DNA of 49,137 bases from Chthoniobacterales bacterium (GTDB lineage Bacteria > Verrucomicrobiota > Verrucomicrobiia > Chthoniobacterales > JACTMZ01). Below the pieces are notes generated by a model. The model worked only from the letters and a program-made list of their open reading frames with translations. It was not told the origin of the DNA and did not search any database. Position numbers and translations under genes: made by a program. Below, piece by piece: positions 19,035 through 28,561 of the stretch. The stretch is taken from the NCBI GenBank assembly GCA_040881855.1, contig JBBECM010000003.1:1-49137 (forward strand), read 5' to 3'. Position 1 is the stretch's first letter, and each line of letters begins with the position of its first letter.

Positions 19035-20771
19035 ATGGAAAAAGTCCTCTTCATTTGCACCGGCAATGTCTGCCGCAGCCCGATGGCCGAGGGCCTGCTG
19101 CGCCGTGCCCTGGGGGAAAAGGTCGAGGCGTTTTCGGCGGGGTTGGGGGCCGGCAAGGGACAACCGCCGAGCGCTCATGCCATCGAGGTGCTGCGCAGGG
19201 AGGGGATCGATATTTCCGGGATCCGCAGCCAGCCGGTCAGCGCGGATTTGCTCCGGCAGGCCGACCACATTTTCACCATGACGCAGGACCATCTCGACAT
19301 GTTGCTCCTGCTTTTTCCCGAGATGGCGCCGAAAGCACGGCTGCTGCGCTTCAAGGAAGCAGCCAAAGGCGGCCGCGCGGACGTAAAGGATCCCATAGGA
19401 GGCACGCGCGAAACTTACGAGCTTTGCAAAGAGGACATCCGGGCCGCCCTGCCTTCGGTCATCGAAATCATCACCGGAAAGAAACCATCCATGAACACCA
19501 CCGCCACCGGCCGACCGGCCGCATTCGAACTATCCGACATTCCCGCGCTGGAATCGACCGACCCGGCCATCGCCGCGGCCATCCACGACGAGGAGCGGCG
19601 CCAGTTCGAAAACATCGAGCTGATTGCTTCGGAGAATTTCACCAGCCGGGCCGTGCGCGAGGCGCAGGGTTCGGCTCTGACCAACAAATACGCCGAGGGT
19701 TACCCGGGGCGTCGTTGGTATGGCGGGTGCGAGCACGTCGATGTGGTCGAAAGTCTGGCCATCGAGCGCGCCAAGGAATTGTTCGGCGCCGACCACGCCA
19801 ATGTGCAACCGCACAGCGGCAGCCAGGCCAACACGGCCGTTTACTTCGCCTCGCTCGATGTCGGCGACCGCATCCTCACCATGGATCTGGCGCACGGGGG
19901 ACACCTCACGCACGGGCACAAGGCGAATTTTTCCGGCAAGCTTTACGAGGTCGTGCATTACGGCGTGAGCCCGGAAACGGAAACGATCGACTATGACGCC
20001 CTGGCCAAGCTGGCCCGGGAATGCCGGCCGAAAATGATCACCGCCGGCGCCTCGGCCTACTCGCGGGTCATCGATTTCGAGCGCATGCGCCGCATCGCCG
20101 ACGACACGGGCGCGCTGCTCTTTGTCGACATGGCGCACATCGCGGGCCTCGTGGCCGGCGGCGCGCATCCGAGCCCGGTTCCTTATGCCGACTTCATCAC
20201 CAGCACGACGCACAAGAGCCTGCGCGGACCGCGCTCCGGCGTGATTCTTTGCAAAGCGCAATACGCCAAGGCGGTCGACGGGCAGGTGTTCCCCGGCGTG
20301 CAAGGCGGACCGCTCATGCACGTCATCGCGGCCAAAGCGGTCTGCTTCCGCGAGGCGTTGCAGCCGTCCTTCAAGGCCTATGCCGCCCAAGTCGTGTCGA
20401 ACGCCCGTGCGCTGGCCGCCCGCCTGTCCATGCTCGGCTACCGCATCGTTTCCGGCGGCACGGACAACCATGTCCTCCTCGTCGATCTCCGTCCGAAAGG
20501 CCTCAACGGCAAACAGGCCCAGGAAGCCCTCGACCACGCGGGCATCACGGTGAACAAAAATGCCATTCCATTCGACACCGAGCCGATCATGAAGACGGGC
20601 GGCATCCGTATCGGCACGCCGGCCATGACCACGCGCGGCATGAAGGAGGAGGAAATGATGGAAACCGCCGACCTCATCCATGCTGCGTTGCAAAAGGCGG
20701 ACGACGCCGGGGCGCTGGCTGCGGTGATGAAACGCGTGCACGCTTTCACCTCGCGTTACCCGCTGCCATGA
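19035..20771 (+). CDS. glyA: LMW protein phosphatase domain fused to serine hydroxymethyltransferase
   Basis: CTGNVCRS and DPIGG motifs, then in the same frame [22 protein letters not shown] and PLP-lysine [10 protein letters not shown]. Confidence 0.93.
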   Translation: MEKVLFICTGNVCRSPMAEGLLRRALGEKVEAFSAGLGAGKGQPPSAHAIEVLRREGIDISGIRSQPVSADLLRQADHIFTMTQDHLDMLLLLFPEMAPKARLLRFKEAAKGGRADVKDPIGGTRETYELCKEDIRAALPSVIEIITGKKPSMNTTATGRPAAFELSDIPALESTDPAIAAAIHDEERRQFENIELIASENFTSRAVREAQGSALTNKYAEGYPGRRWYGGCEHVDVVESLAIERAKELFGADHANVQPHSGSQANTAVYFASLDVGDRILTMDLAHGGHLTHGHKANFSGKLYEVVHYGVSPETETIDYDALAKLARECRPKMITAGASAYSRVIDFERMRRIADDTGALLFVDMAHIAGLVAGGAHPSPVPYADFITSTTHKSLRGPRSGVILCKAQYAKAVDGQVFPGVQGGPLMHVIAAKAVCFREALQPSFKAYAAQVVSNARALAARLSMLGYRIVSGGTDNHVLLVDLRPKGLNGKQAQEALDHAGITVNKNAIPFDTEPIMKTGGIRIGTPAMTTRGMKEEEMMETADLIHAALQKADDAGALAAVMKRVHAFTSRYPLP

Positions 20772-21310
20772 CCAAACGCGTCCTCTGCCTCGTGGCCGAC
20801 GGCGTGGAGGAGTTGGAGCTGGTTGCGCCGGTTGATCTTTTGCGCCGGGCCGGGGCGGAGGTCGTGTTGGCCGCGGTGGGCGAGAGCACCCACGTCACCG
20901 GCCGCAACAACCTCGTCTTGCACGCCGACCAAATTCTCGGTGAAGCGAAAGCGGAGGACTTCGACCTGCTTCTTCTTCCCGGCGGCGCGGCGGTGGCCAA
21001 GTTGCGTGCTGACGGACGCCCGGCCGCACTGGCCAAAAGTTTCGTTCAAGCCGGCAAGCCCGTGGCGGCTATTTGTGCCGGGCCGCTCGTGCTCGAAGAC
21101 GCCGGCTTGCTCGAGGGCAAGCGCTTCACGGCGCATTTTTCCGCGGCCAATGAGTTGCCCGGGGCCCAGACCGGCGAACGGGTGATGGAAGACGGCCTGA
21201 TCATCACCGCGCGCGGGGCGGGGACGGCTCTCGAGTTCGGCTTGGCCTTGGTCGACCGGCTCTTCGGCGAAGGCAAGGAGGAGGAAATCGCCCGGGCCAT
21301 CATGGCCTGA
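20768..21310 (+). CDS. DJ-1/PfpI (YajL/ThiJ-like) protein
   Basis: GVEELE, LLPGG, AAICAGP nucleophile Cys and ITARGAG; ATGA overlap with glyA. Confidence 0.9.
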   Translation: MTKRVLCLVADGVEELELVAPVDLLRRAGAEVVLAAVGESTHVTGRNNLVLHADQILGEAKAEDFDLLLLPGGAAVAKLRADGRPAALAKSFVQAGKPVAAICAGPLVLEDAGLLEGKRFTAHFSAANELPGAQTGERVMEDGLIITARGAGTALEFGLALVDRLFGEGKEEEIARAIMA

Positions 21311-21367
21311 GGCGGAGCGCGTGCGTGCCGCGATCCGCCGGCACGGACGCCGACGCCGCAGAAAACC

Positions 21368-21404
21368 GTGGCCGGAGCCTTTTCCCGGCTCGGGGCACTT
21401 TTTT
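21368..21404 (+). terminator. Putative intrinsic terminator
   Basis: gtggccggagcc-loop-ggctcggggcac (10 of 12 pairs) followed by T6. Confidence 0.55.
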
Positions 21405-21594
21405 GCCAAAGCGGGTTGACAGCAGGGCGCCGCCGTTGTCTTATGTCCTTGTTCCGATTGCCCGCGCCGTTCGTCGCGCTCCTCCTGGAGGCGATTCCGG
21501 CAAAAGGTTGCCAAAGTCCGGCGCGCAATCCCCAAGAACCAATCAGACAATCTATTTGCATCACCGGGCCCGGAATGACATCCGGGTGCAATTT

Positions 21595-21729
21595 ACGGCC
21601 GGTCACAACAAGTGGTCCAAAGTCAAGCGCATCTAAGGCGCGATCGACGCGAGGCGGGGGAAGCTATTCTCCAAGCTGACGCAAGCGGTCGCGGTCACCG
21701 CGAAGACGGGTCTTCCCGATCCGGACGCC
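21595..21729 (+). pseudogene. yebC: Decayed 5' fragment of a YebC/PmpR family gene
   Basis: Reads [44 protein letters not shown]. ACG replaces ATG, there is an in-frame TAA at 21634-21636, and similarity is lost after about 45 codons. Confidence 0.85.
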
Positions 21730-21808
21730 ACACCCATACCCATTTCCAACTCCCGGCCGCAGTGCGCGAGCGCATTCCCGGCCTCAACTGAATCTCCCGA
21801 TCAAGACC

Positions 21809-23194
21809 ATGGACGATACCAAATCCCCCGACACCCCGGCTTTGCCGGTCCACGAACGCGAAGCCGCTCTCCCCGAGCACCGGCCTGGTCCGGCCTTGCC
21901 CGCGCCCGATCATGACGGCCAGCGCGAGGGCGGACGACGTAATCGGCAGCGCACTTTCCGCCGCGGGCGCGACCGCCGTTCCCGGGGCGAACGGGGCGAC
22001 CGTGACGACCGCGGACCGCGCAGCGGTGGCGGCGGCGGGGGTGAAGGCCCCTCCGACGCGGGCGTGCCGCTCGAGGAAGAGCCGTCCGGCGAACCGGTCT
22101 TCGCCGAGGGCATCGTTGAAGTCAGCGGCAAAGGCTTCGGCTTCCTGCGCAACCCGAAGCGCAACTTCACCCAGTCCAACAACGACATTTTCGTCACCCC
22201 GGAAGTCGTCCGCGCTTTCAACCTGCGCGACGGGATCTGGATCAAAGGAGAGATCCGCAAAGGCAGCCGCGGCCCGCAGCTCTTCCGCTGCGCCGAGATC
22301 GAGGGCGAGGATCCGGCCAAATACGCCAACATCCCGTATTTCGAGGAACTGACCACGATCAACCCGAATTCGCGGATCAATCTGGAGACCGATCCGGCGC
22401 GCTACACCACGCGGGTCATGGATATCATGACACCGATCGGCAAGGGTCAACGCGGACTCATCGTCGCGCCCCCGCGGACCGGCAAGACGACCCTTCTGCA
22501 GCACATCGCCGAGGCGGTGGTGAAAAACCATCCCGAGATGAAGCTCATCATCCTGCTGGTCGACGAGCGTCCGGAAGAGGTCACCGAAATCCGCCGCACC
22601 GTGCCGCAGGCCGAGTTGATGGCCAGCTCGAACGACAGCGACATCAAGAGCCACACGCGCATCGCCATCCTTGCCATCGAGCGGGCCAAGCGCCTCGTCG
22701 AGATGGGCAAGGATGTTTTCGTCCTCATGGATTCGCTCACCCGCATCGGCCGCGCCTTCAACAACGCAACCGGCGGCGGCGGACGCACCATGAGCGGTGG
22801 CGTCGATTCGCGCGCGCTGGAAATCCCGCGCAAACTTTTCGCCGCGGCCCGCAACACGGAGGAAGCCGGTTCGCTCACCATCATGGCCACCGCGCTCATC
22901 GAGACCGGCAGCCGTATGGATGAGCTCATCTTCCAGGAGTTCAAAGGCACGGGAAACATGGAGCTGGTCCTCGACCGCAAGGTGAGCGAACAGCGGATCT
23001 ACCCCGCGGTGGATATTTTCCTTTCCGGCACCCGCCGCGAGGAACTCCTTTTACCCGAGGAACAGCTGCACAAAATCAATGTCATTCGCCGCGGTCTGGC
23101 CGGACACAAGCCGATCGAGGCGATCGAGCGCCTGCTGCATTTTGTGCGCAAATACCCGACGAACGCCGAGATGCTGAAAAGCATCCCCGGATGA
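21809..23194 (+). CDS. rho: Transcription termination factor Rho
   Basis: GFGFLR, PIGKGQR, APPRTGKT, DERPEEVT and EFKGTGNME motifs. Confidence 0.97.
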   Translation: MDDTKSPDTPALPVHEREAALPEHRPGPALPAPDHDGQREGGRRNRQRTFRRGRDRRSRGERGDRDDRGPRSGGGGGGEGPSDAGVPLEEEPSGEPVFAEGIVEVSGKGFGFLRNPKRNFTQSNNDIFVTPEVVRAFNLRDGIWIKGEIRKGSRGPQLFRCAEIEGEDPAKYANIPYFEELTTINPNSRINLETDPARYTTRVMDIMTPIGKGQRGLIVAPPRTGKTTLLQHIAEAVVKNHPEMKLIILLVDERPEEVTEIRRTVPQAELMASSNDSDIKSHTRIAILAIERAKRLVEMGKDVFVLMDSLTRIGRAFNNATGGGGRTMSGGVDSRALEIPRKLFAAARNTEEAGSLTIMATALIETGSRMDELIFQEFKGTGNMELVLDRKVSEQRIYPAVDIFLSGTRREELLLPEEQLHKINVIRRGLAGHKPIEAIERLLHFVRKYPTNAEMLKSIPG

Positions 23195-23301
23195 GGCCCG
23201 ACCGGATGCTTGATTCTCTTGCCGTCCCGGGCTTTTTCGTTCTTGCGCGGGCCATCGGCCGCGTTTAATCTTCTCCAAACAACGCATAATACAACCTCCC
23301 C

Positions 23302-23904
23302 ATGAAAACCCTTCTCCTTGCTCTCCTCACTTTAGTCACTGTTGTTTTTTCTTCGCATCCATCTCTGGCCCAAGAAGTTCCAACCACGTTGACCTTCCCC
23401 TCGGGAGTCGATTGGTCGAGCGCCAACTCGGATCAGATTTCCGAGGCAGTCTTTCAGGCGGCCCAGCAAAATCCGGACAAAGCGCTGGAAATTGCGGTCG
23501 ACGCACTAAATACGGCCAAGGCCACCCAGCGCTTCCCTTCCTTGGCCTCTTACGACGGTAAACAATCTTCCGATCAGAAACTTGATCCGCGGGGCACCCT
23601 CGAGGAATTAGCGCAGCGCATCGGTGATGCGGCCAAACAAGCCAATCCTGCCTTGGCCTCCCAGATCGATACCGCGCTGCTCACGGCGGTCCCCGGCATT
23701 GGAGTGCTCACCGGCACCGATGGCTCAGCGGGCGGTTCTGGCGGCGGGACGGGAACCACAGGCGGCGGCGGTGTGCCTCTCCCGGGTGGTTTTGGCGGTG
23801 GCACCGGCGGTGGTGGTGGTGAGAGTGGCAGTGGCGGCGGTGGTGGCGGTGGCAGTGGTGGCGGTGGTGGCAGTGGCGGCGCGGACAGCGACCCGTCTCC
23901 CTAG
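23302..23904 (+). CDS. Hypothetical exported protein with Gly-rich tail
   Basis: Signal peptide (ending SLA|QE), Ala-rich helical core and a long G/S/T low-complexity C-terminus. Confidence 0.75.
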   Translation: MKTLLLALLTLVTVVFSSHPSLAQEVPTTLTFPSGVDWSSANSDQISEAVFQAAQQNPDKALEIAVDALNTAKATQRFPSLASYDGKQSSDQKLDPRGTLEELAQRIGDAAKQANPALASQIDTALLTAVPGIGVLTGTDGSAGGSGGGTGTTGGGGVPLPGGFGGGTGGGGGESGSGGGGGGGSGGGGGSGGADSDPSP

Positions 23905-23965
23905 AGCTAGGCTGTTTTTCGTTGGGCCCGTTATTTATTTTCGGACTTGTTGCCTAAAGTCCGGA

Positions 23966-23982
23966 TTGAGACTAAGTCTCAA
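23966..23982. promoter_or_regulatory. Perfect 8-1-8 palindrome; putative iron-responsive (Fur-like) operator
   Basis: TTGAGACT-A-AGTCTCAA, ending 11 nt before the first feoA ATG. Confidence 0.7.
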
Positions 23983-23993
23983 CAACGGTGCCT

Positions 23994-24269
23994 ATGCAAT
24001 TCCCACCCGCTATGACTCTTGAGGAAAGTCCGCCGCGCGTGAGCAAGCTGGTCGTTTCGTTGGACGACACGAGCGAGTGGGCTCCTTATCTGCGTCGCGC
24101 CGGATTCCACGAGGGCGCCGAAGTGGAAGTCCTTTCCGGTCGTGATCCGGTCATGGTCCGATGCCGGAACGGTTGCGTGGCCTTGCGCCGCTGCATGCTG
24201 GGTTGCGTCCGGGTCTGCGCCCTGCGCGAGGCGGAAGTTCGTGCCCGGCGCGCGGTGCGTGATGAGTGA
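23994..24269 (+). CDS. feoA: FeoA-like protein (Cys-rich)
   Basis: LRRAGFHEGAEVEVL...DPVMV...VALR SH3-like FeoA pattern. Start may be 24012. Confidence 0.7.
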   Translation: MQFPPAMTLEESPPRVSKLVVSLDDTSEWAPYLRRAGFHEGAEVEVLSGRDPVMVRCRNGCVALRRCMLGCVRVCALREAEVRARRAVRDE

Positions 24270-24510
24270 AGCCGTGATTTCGCTGGCCGCGCTGCCGCCC
24301 GGTCAGCGCGGTCGCGTGCAATCCGGCGAGGACGGACATCCCGCCGTTCCGCGATTGCTCGCCCTGGGACTTTTGCCCGGCACGGAGATCACCGTGGTGC
24401 GGGTCGCTCCGCTCGGTGATCCGATCGAGGTGGAGTTCCGCGGCATGCGGCTGAGTCTGCGCAAAGCCGACGCCGCGGCCGTGCGCGTGGAACCGTTTGC
24501 CGCCCGATGA
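24262..24510 (+). CDS. feoA: FeoA
   Basis: RLLALGLLPGTEITVVRVAPLGDPIEV...LSLRKADA. Confidence 0.92.
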   Translation: MSEAVISLAALPPGQRGRVQSGEDGHPAVPRLLALGLLPGTEITVVRVAPLGDPIEVEFRGMRLSLRKADAAAVRVEPFAAR

Positions 24511-26666
24511 GCCGGCCGGATTCCCGTCCCCTGCGCATCGCCTTGGTCGGCAATCCCAACACGGGCAAGACCACGCTCTTCAATCGTCTGACCGGATCGC
24601 ACCAGAAAATCGGCAATTATCCCGGGGTCACGGTGGAGAAAAAATACGGGGCGTGGCATCCCGGCGGCCGCGCCGCCACGCTGGTCGATCTCCCCGGGGC
24701 CTACAGTCTCGCGGCCTCGTCGCCGGACGAACGCGTGGCGCTGGATTTTCTCACCGGACACCTCGCCGGCGAGGCCCGGCCCGACGCGGTCATCTGCGTG
24801 GTCGACGCGTCCAACATCGTGCGGAACCTTTTCCTCGCCTCGCAGGTGGCCGATCTCGGACTGCCCTTGGTCATCGCTCTGAACATGTCCGATGCCGCCG
24901 AGCGGGCCGGCATCCACATCGACGCGGCACTGCTGGCCCGTCACCTCGGGGTGCCCGTGGTGCGGACCGTGGCCACGAGGGGTGAGGGGTCTGGCGCGCT
25001 GGAGAAAGCGGTGCTCCGCGCGGTCGACGGCCGTTTGCTCATGGCGCAGGTGCGGTGGCCCGAGGCGGTGGAACGCGCGGTGCATTACCTTGCCGCCGGT
25101 CTGGAAAAAGAAGGTGTCGCGCCTCTTGAGCCCGGCGAGTTGCGCCGCATTCTCTTCGACCACCGCAGCGCCGTGCTCGAGCGTGCCGGTTGGCCGCCGG
25201 AGGCCGACCCGCAACCGTTGCTCTCCGCCGCGCGCGACATCCTCTCCGCCGCGGGCCTCCAACCGGTCCCGGCCGAGGCGCTTCTGCGTTACGAGCACCT
25301 CGGACACGTCACGGCCGATGCGGTGCGTTTCCCGGAAAAGCGCCACCGGACGCGGACCGAGCGGATCGACGCCGTGCTGACCCACCGCGTGTGGGGTCTG
25401 CTCATTTTTGCGCTCCTCATGTTCCTCGTCTTCCAGTCGATCTACGCGTGGGCCGGCCCGGTGATGGAACTCATCGAGGTCGCCGTGGCGGCGGTGCAGG
25501 AGAGGGTCGCGCCATGGTTGGCCGCATGGCCCGCGGTGCAGAGCCTCGTCGTCGACGGACTCGTCGGCGGGGTTGGCGGTGTTCTCGTTTTCCTCCCGCA
25601 GATTCTCGTCTTGTTCTTCTTCATCGCCCTGCTGGAAGACACCGGTTACATGGCCCGCGGCGCTTTTCTTATGGACAAAATGTTCGGCTGGTGCGGCCTG
25701 AACGGGAAAAGTTTCGTCCCCATGCTCTCGAGCTACGCGTGCGCCGTTCCCGGCATCCTCGCCGCGCGCACCATCGAGGATCCGCGCGCGCGGCTGACTA
25801 CCGTTCTTGTCTCGCCGTTGATGAGTTGCTCGGCCCGTCTGCCAGTCTACACGTTGATGATCGGCGCGTTCATCGAGCCGTCCCACGGTGCCGTGGTCGC
25901 CGGTGCCGTGCTGTTCGCCGCGCATCTCCTCGGACTCGTCGTGGCTGTGCCCGTGGCCTGGAGCCTGAACAAGTTCGTGCTCCGCACTCGCACCCAGCCC
26001 TTTCTTCTCGAAATGCCTCCCTACCGCCGCCCGCGTTTGCGCGACATCCTCTGGCGCCTGTGGGAACGGGCCCGCGAGTTTCTTGTCCGTGCAGGGACGG
26101 TCATCCTCGCCATGACCGTCATCATTTGGGCACTCGTTTATTTCCCGCGTCCGCCGGAAGTGCGCGAGCGGACGGTCGCGGCTTTGTCCGCATCGAACGA
26201 TCCGTCCGCGGTGGAACACGCGGTCGAGGCGGCTTACCTCGAACAAAGCTTCCTCGCGCGGGCCGGTCGCGCGGTGCAACCGGTTTTTGCACCGGCCGGA
26301 TTCGATTGGAAAATCACCGTCGGCGTGCTGGCCAGTTTTCCGGCCCGCGAAGTCATCATCGCCACGCTCGGCACCATCTACGGCATCGGGCGGGAGGTCG
26401 ACGCCGGCTCGGGCGACCTCCGCACCGCGCTGGGGCGGGATCTTTGGACGCATGGCCACCGGGCCGGAAAACCGGTCTTTACCGTTCCGGTCGCGCTGGC
26501 CGTCATGGTCTTCTTCGCCCTCTGCCTGCAGTGCGGCGCCACGGTGGCCGTCATGGCCAAGGAAGCCAACTGGGGCTGGGCCATGTTCGGATTCGTTTAC
26601 ATGACGTTGCTTGCCTGGCTGGGAGCGGTCTTGACCTATCAGCTCGGCACGCGTTGGTTGGGCTGA
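24507..26666 (+). CDS. feoB: Ferrous iron transporter FeoB
   Basis: G1 GNPNTGKT, GNYPGVTVE, G3 DLPG, G4 NMSD, and membrane gate motifs (LEDTGYMAR, MSCSARLPVY). Confidence 0.96.
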   Translation: MSRPDSRPLRIALVGNPNTGKTTLFNRLTGSHQKIGNYPGVTVEKKYGAWHPGGRAATLVDLPGAYSLAASSPDERVALDFLTGHLAGEARPDAVICVVDASNIVRNLFLASQVADLGLPLVIALNMSDAAERAGIHIDAALLARHLGVPVVRTVATRGEGSGALEKAVLRAVDGRLLMAQVRWPEAVERAVHYLAAGLEKEGVAPLEPGELRRILFDHRSAVLERAGWPPEADPQPLLSAARDILSAAGLQPVPAEALLRYEHLGHVTADAVRFPEKRHRTRTERIDAVLTHRVWGLLIFALLMFLVFQSIYAWAGPVMELIEVAVAAVQERVAPWLAAWPAVQSLVVDGLVGGVGGVLVFLPQILVLFFFIALLEDTGYMARGAFLMDKMFGWCGLNGKSFVPMLSSYACAVPGILAARTIEDPRARLTTVLVSPLMSCSARLPVYTLMIGAFIEPSHGAVVAGAVLFAAHLLGLVVAVPVAWSLNKFVLRTRTQPFLLEMPPYRRPRLRDILWRLWERAREFLVRAGTVILAMTVIIWALVYFPRPPEVRERTVAALSASNDPSAVEHAVEAAYLEQSFLARAGRAVQPVFAPAGFDWKITVGVLASFPAREVIIATLGTIYGIGREVDAGSGDLRTALGRDLWTHGHRAGKPVFTVPVALAVMVFFALCLQCGATVAVMAKEANWGWAMFGFVYMTLLAWLGAVLTYQLGTRWLG

Positions 26667-26845
26667 TGAGCACGGTGGAAATCATCCTGGTCGGTCTCGC
26701 GGTCGGAGGCTCAGCCGCTTATCTGGCCCGGCGGGGCTGGCGGCGGTGGATGGGATCCCGCGGTTGTTGCGGCGGGTGTCCGTCCGTCCAGCCCAAAATC
26801 CGGCTCGCCGCCGGGAAGGACCGGGATTCTATTTGCAGGTCATGA
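26666..26845 (+). CDS. FeoB-associated Cys-rich small membrane protein
   Basis: 59 aa: a TM helix followed by GCCGGC; TGATG overlap with feoB. Confidence 0.8.
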   Translation: MSTVEIILVGLAVGGSAAYLARRGWRRWMGSRGCCGGCPSVQPKIRLAAGKDRDSICRS

Positions 26846-27627
26846 GCAACACTGCGGCTTTGCTGCTGCTGGCCGCCCTGGTTCCGGCGGCGGGCTTGGC
26901 CTCGCTGACCGAAACGCAGCGGGCAAAGGCCGAGAGCCTGCCCGCGGTCACGGTGCCCGCACCGGCAGAATTTTTCGGCGCGATCGACAAAGTGTCGCGT
27001 CCGGACTGGGCCGCCTTTTACCGCGACCCCGGACCGACGAGTTTTCCGACGCGCCCGCAGACCGCGTTCAACCTCGGGGCGCTCGTGGCGGACGGCTATA
27101 TCGCGGTCGAAGCGCAGGACGGCCAGCAGGTCAAGAACACGGGCAAGGATATCGTCGCGCTGGCTCGCGCCCTCGGCGTCGGGGAGAACGTGTTGGCGCG
27201 CGGCAAGAGCATCAGCGACTTTGCCGACAAGAATGATTGGTTCGCTTTGCGCGAGGAATTGGAAGCTACGACCAACGAGGTGCGTCGCGCCATGGCCGAC
27301 CAGCGCGACGAAGCTCTGTCCTCGCTCATCCTCGCCGGGGCCTGGATGCGCTCGCTCCAGGCGGGCGGCCGCGCCGCGGAATTGTCCGGCGAACCTTCCG
27401 CCGCTTCCTTGCTCGGACAAAAAGAGCTGATCGCTTATCTTCACGGTCAATTGCGCGACCTCCCGGAGAAAGTCCGCACTGGACCCGTGGTCGAGCGGGT
27501 GGGCAACGCTTTCGCCTCGGTCGGGGAGCTGATGACGGTCGACGGCGGGGGCGCGCCGGATCTCGAGCAGGCCGGGGCCATCGAGGCCGCCTGCGCCGAA
27601 CTCGTGACGCAACTCGGATCCAAATGA
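26842..27627 (+). CDS. Hypothetical exported helical protein (module gene A, copy 1)
   Basis: Signal peptide; VP.P.E.F...DK and LG...ADG..AVEA.D motifs shared with 36622-37428. Confidence 0.8.
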   Translation: MSNTAALLLLAALVPAAGLASLTETQRAKAESLPAVTVPAPAEFFGAIDKVSRPDWAAFYRDPGPTSFPTRPQTAFNLGALVADGYIAVEAQDGQQVKNTGKDIVALARALGVGENVLARGKSISDFADKNDWFALREELEATTNEVRRAMADQRDEALSSLILAGAWMRSLQAGGRAAELSGEPSAASLLGQKELIAYLHGQLRDLPEKVRTGPVVERVGNAFASVGELMTVDGGGAPDLEQAGAIEAACAELVTQLGSK

Positions 27628-28085
27628 CCATGAAACGCGGCCTGAGACTTCTTCTCCTCGGTTTCCTCCTCGCGGGCACGGGCCGGGCGCAAGACCCGGT
27701 GCCTTCTTCCCCGTCCCAGCCCGAATCGGCCCCGTCCTTGCGCGCACGCCTGCTGGAATTCGGAGGAGCGCTGGCCAACGACGGCTTCCGCCTGCGCGAC
27801 GCCTATTGGTCCGGCCGCCTCGAACCCGGCCGCCCGCGCCGCCTCGCGGTCAATCTTTTCGCCGGCAACCAATATTGGTTCTGCGCCGCCGTCGATGCGC
27901 CGGAGGACCGTCCGGCCATCGTGCTCTACGATCCCCAGGGAAAGATCGTCCGCGTCCTGGCGCACGAGAGCCCCGGACTCTCCGCTGCCGGCGTGACAGC
28001 CGCCTTCACCGGGCGCTATGTTGTGCAAATCGAGACGTCCCGCGGTCCGGCGGCGGATTTCTGTCTCCTCTACCTTTTCAAGTAA
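27624..28085 (+). CDS. Hypothetical exported beta-sandwich protein (module gene B, copy 1)
   Basis: Signal peptide; LF.GN.Y.F, YD.QG and G.Y.V motifs shared with 36173-36625. Confidence 0.8.
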   Translation: MTMKRGLRLLLLGFLLAGTGRAQDPVPSSPSQPESAPSLRARLLEFGGALANDGFRLRDAYWSGRLEPGRPRRLAVNLFAGNQYWFCAAVDAPEDRPAIVLYDPQGKIVRVLAHESPGLSAAGVTAAFTGRYVVQIETSRGPAADFCLLYLFK

Positions 28086-28093
28086 CCTGTCCC

Positions 28094-28555
28094 ATGACCA
28101 CGGCCACCACCGAAAAATTGCAGGGCCCCGCCGTGCGCCAGTATTCCGTCTTCCTGACCAACCGCGTCGGCGCACTCATGGAAGTGGTCAAAATGCTCAA
28201 CGCGGCCCGCGTCGTCGTGCTCGCGCTCAGCATCCAGGATTCCTCGGAGACCTCGATCGCGCGGATCATCGTGAGCGATCCCGACCTGCTCGAGGAACTT
28301 TTCGACCGCAACGACATCGCGTTCGGTGTCTGCGAGGTGGTCGTGGCGGAATTGGAGGAAGGCGCCTCCGACCTGCCGCGCCTGCTCGCCGCCTTGCTCG
28401 AGGCGGAAGTGAACATCCTCTTCAGCTACACGCTGCTCGTGCGTCCGCGGGGCCGCCCGCTGGTCGCCATCCACACCGACGACCTCGAGTGCGCCAGCGC
28501 CGTGCTGGAGGGGCGGAACTTCCGCCTGCTGCGGCAAACCGACCTCTCGCGCTGA
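28094..28555 (+). CDS. Tandem ACT-domain protein
   Basis: QYSVFLTNRVGAL...RIIVSDPD and second repeat L..LL..L..AEVNI...Y. Confidence 0.85.
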   Translation: MTTATTEKLQGPAVRQYSVFLTNRVGALMEVVKMLNAARVVVLALSIQDSSETSIARIIVSDPDLLEELFDRNDIAFGVCEVVVAELEEGASDLPRLLAALLEAEVNILFSYTLLVRPRGRPLVAIHTDDLECASAVLEGRNFRLLRQTDLSR

Positions 28556-28561
28556 TCCGCG

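Noticed and set aside
21325-21679. Two 103-aa ORFs between the DJ-1 gene and rho
   Set aside because: No coherent protein. The only recognisable signal is the yebC relic.
23196-23237. Possible intrinsic terminator after rho
   Set aside because: Only a 5-bp closing stem with an irregular interior before the T-run; too weak to call.
25190-26665. 551-aa ORF overlapping feoB
   Set aside because: Only the last 59 codons (from 26666) look like a real protein. The rest is an off-frame Arg-rich read of feoB.
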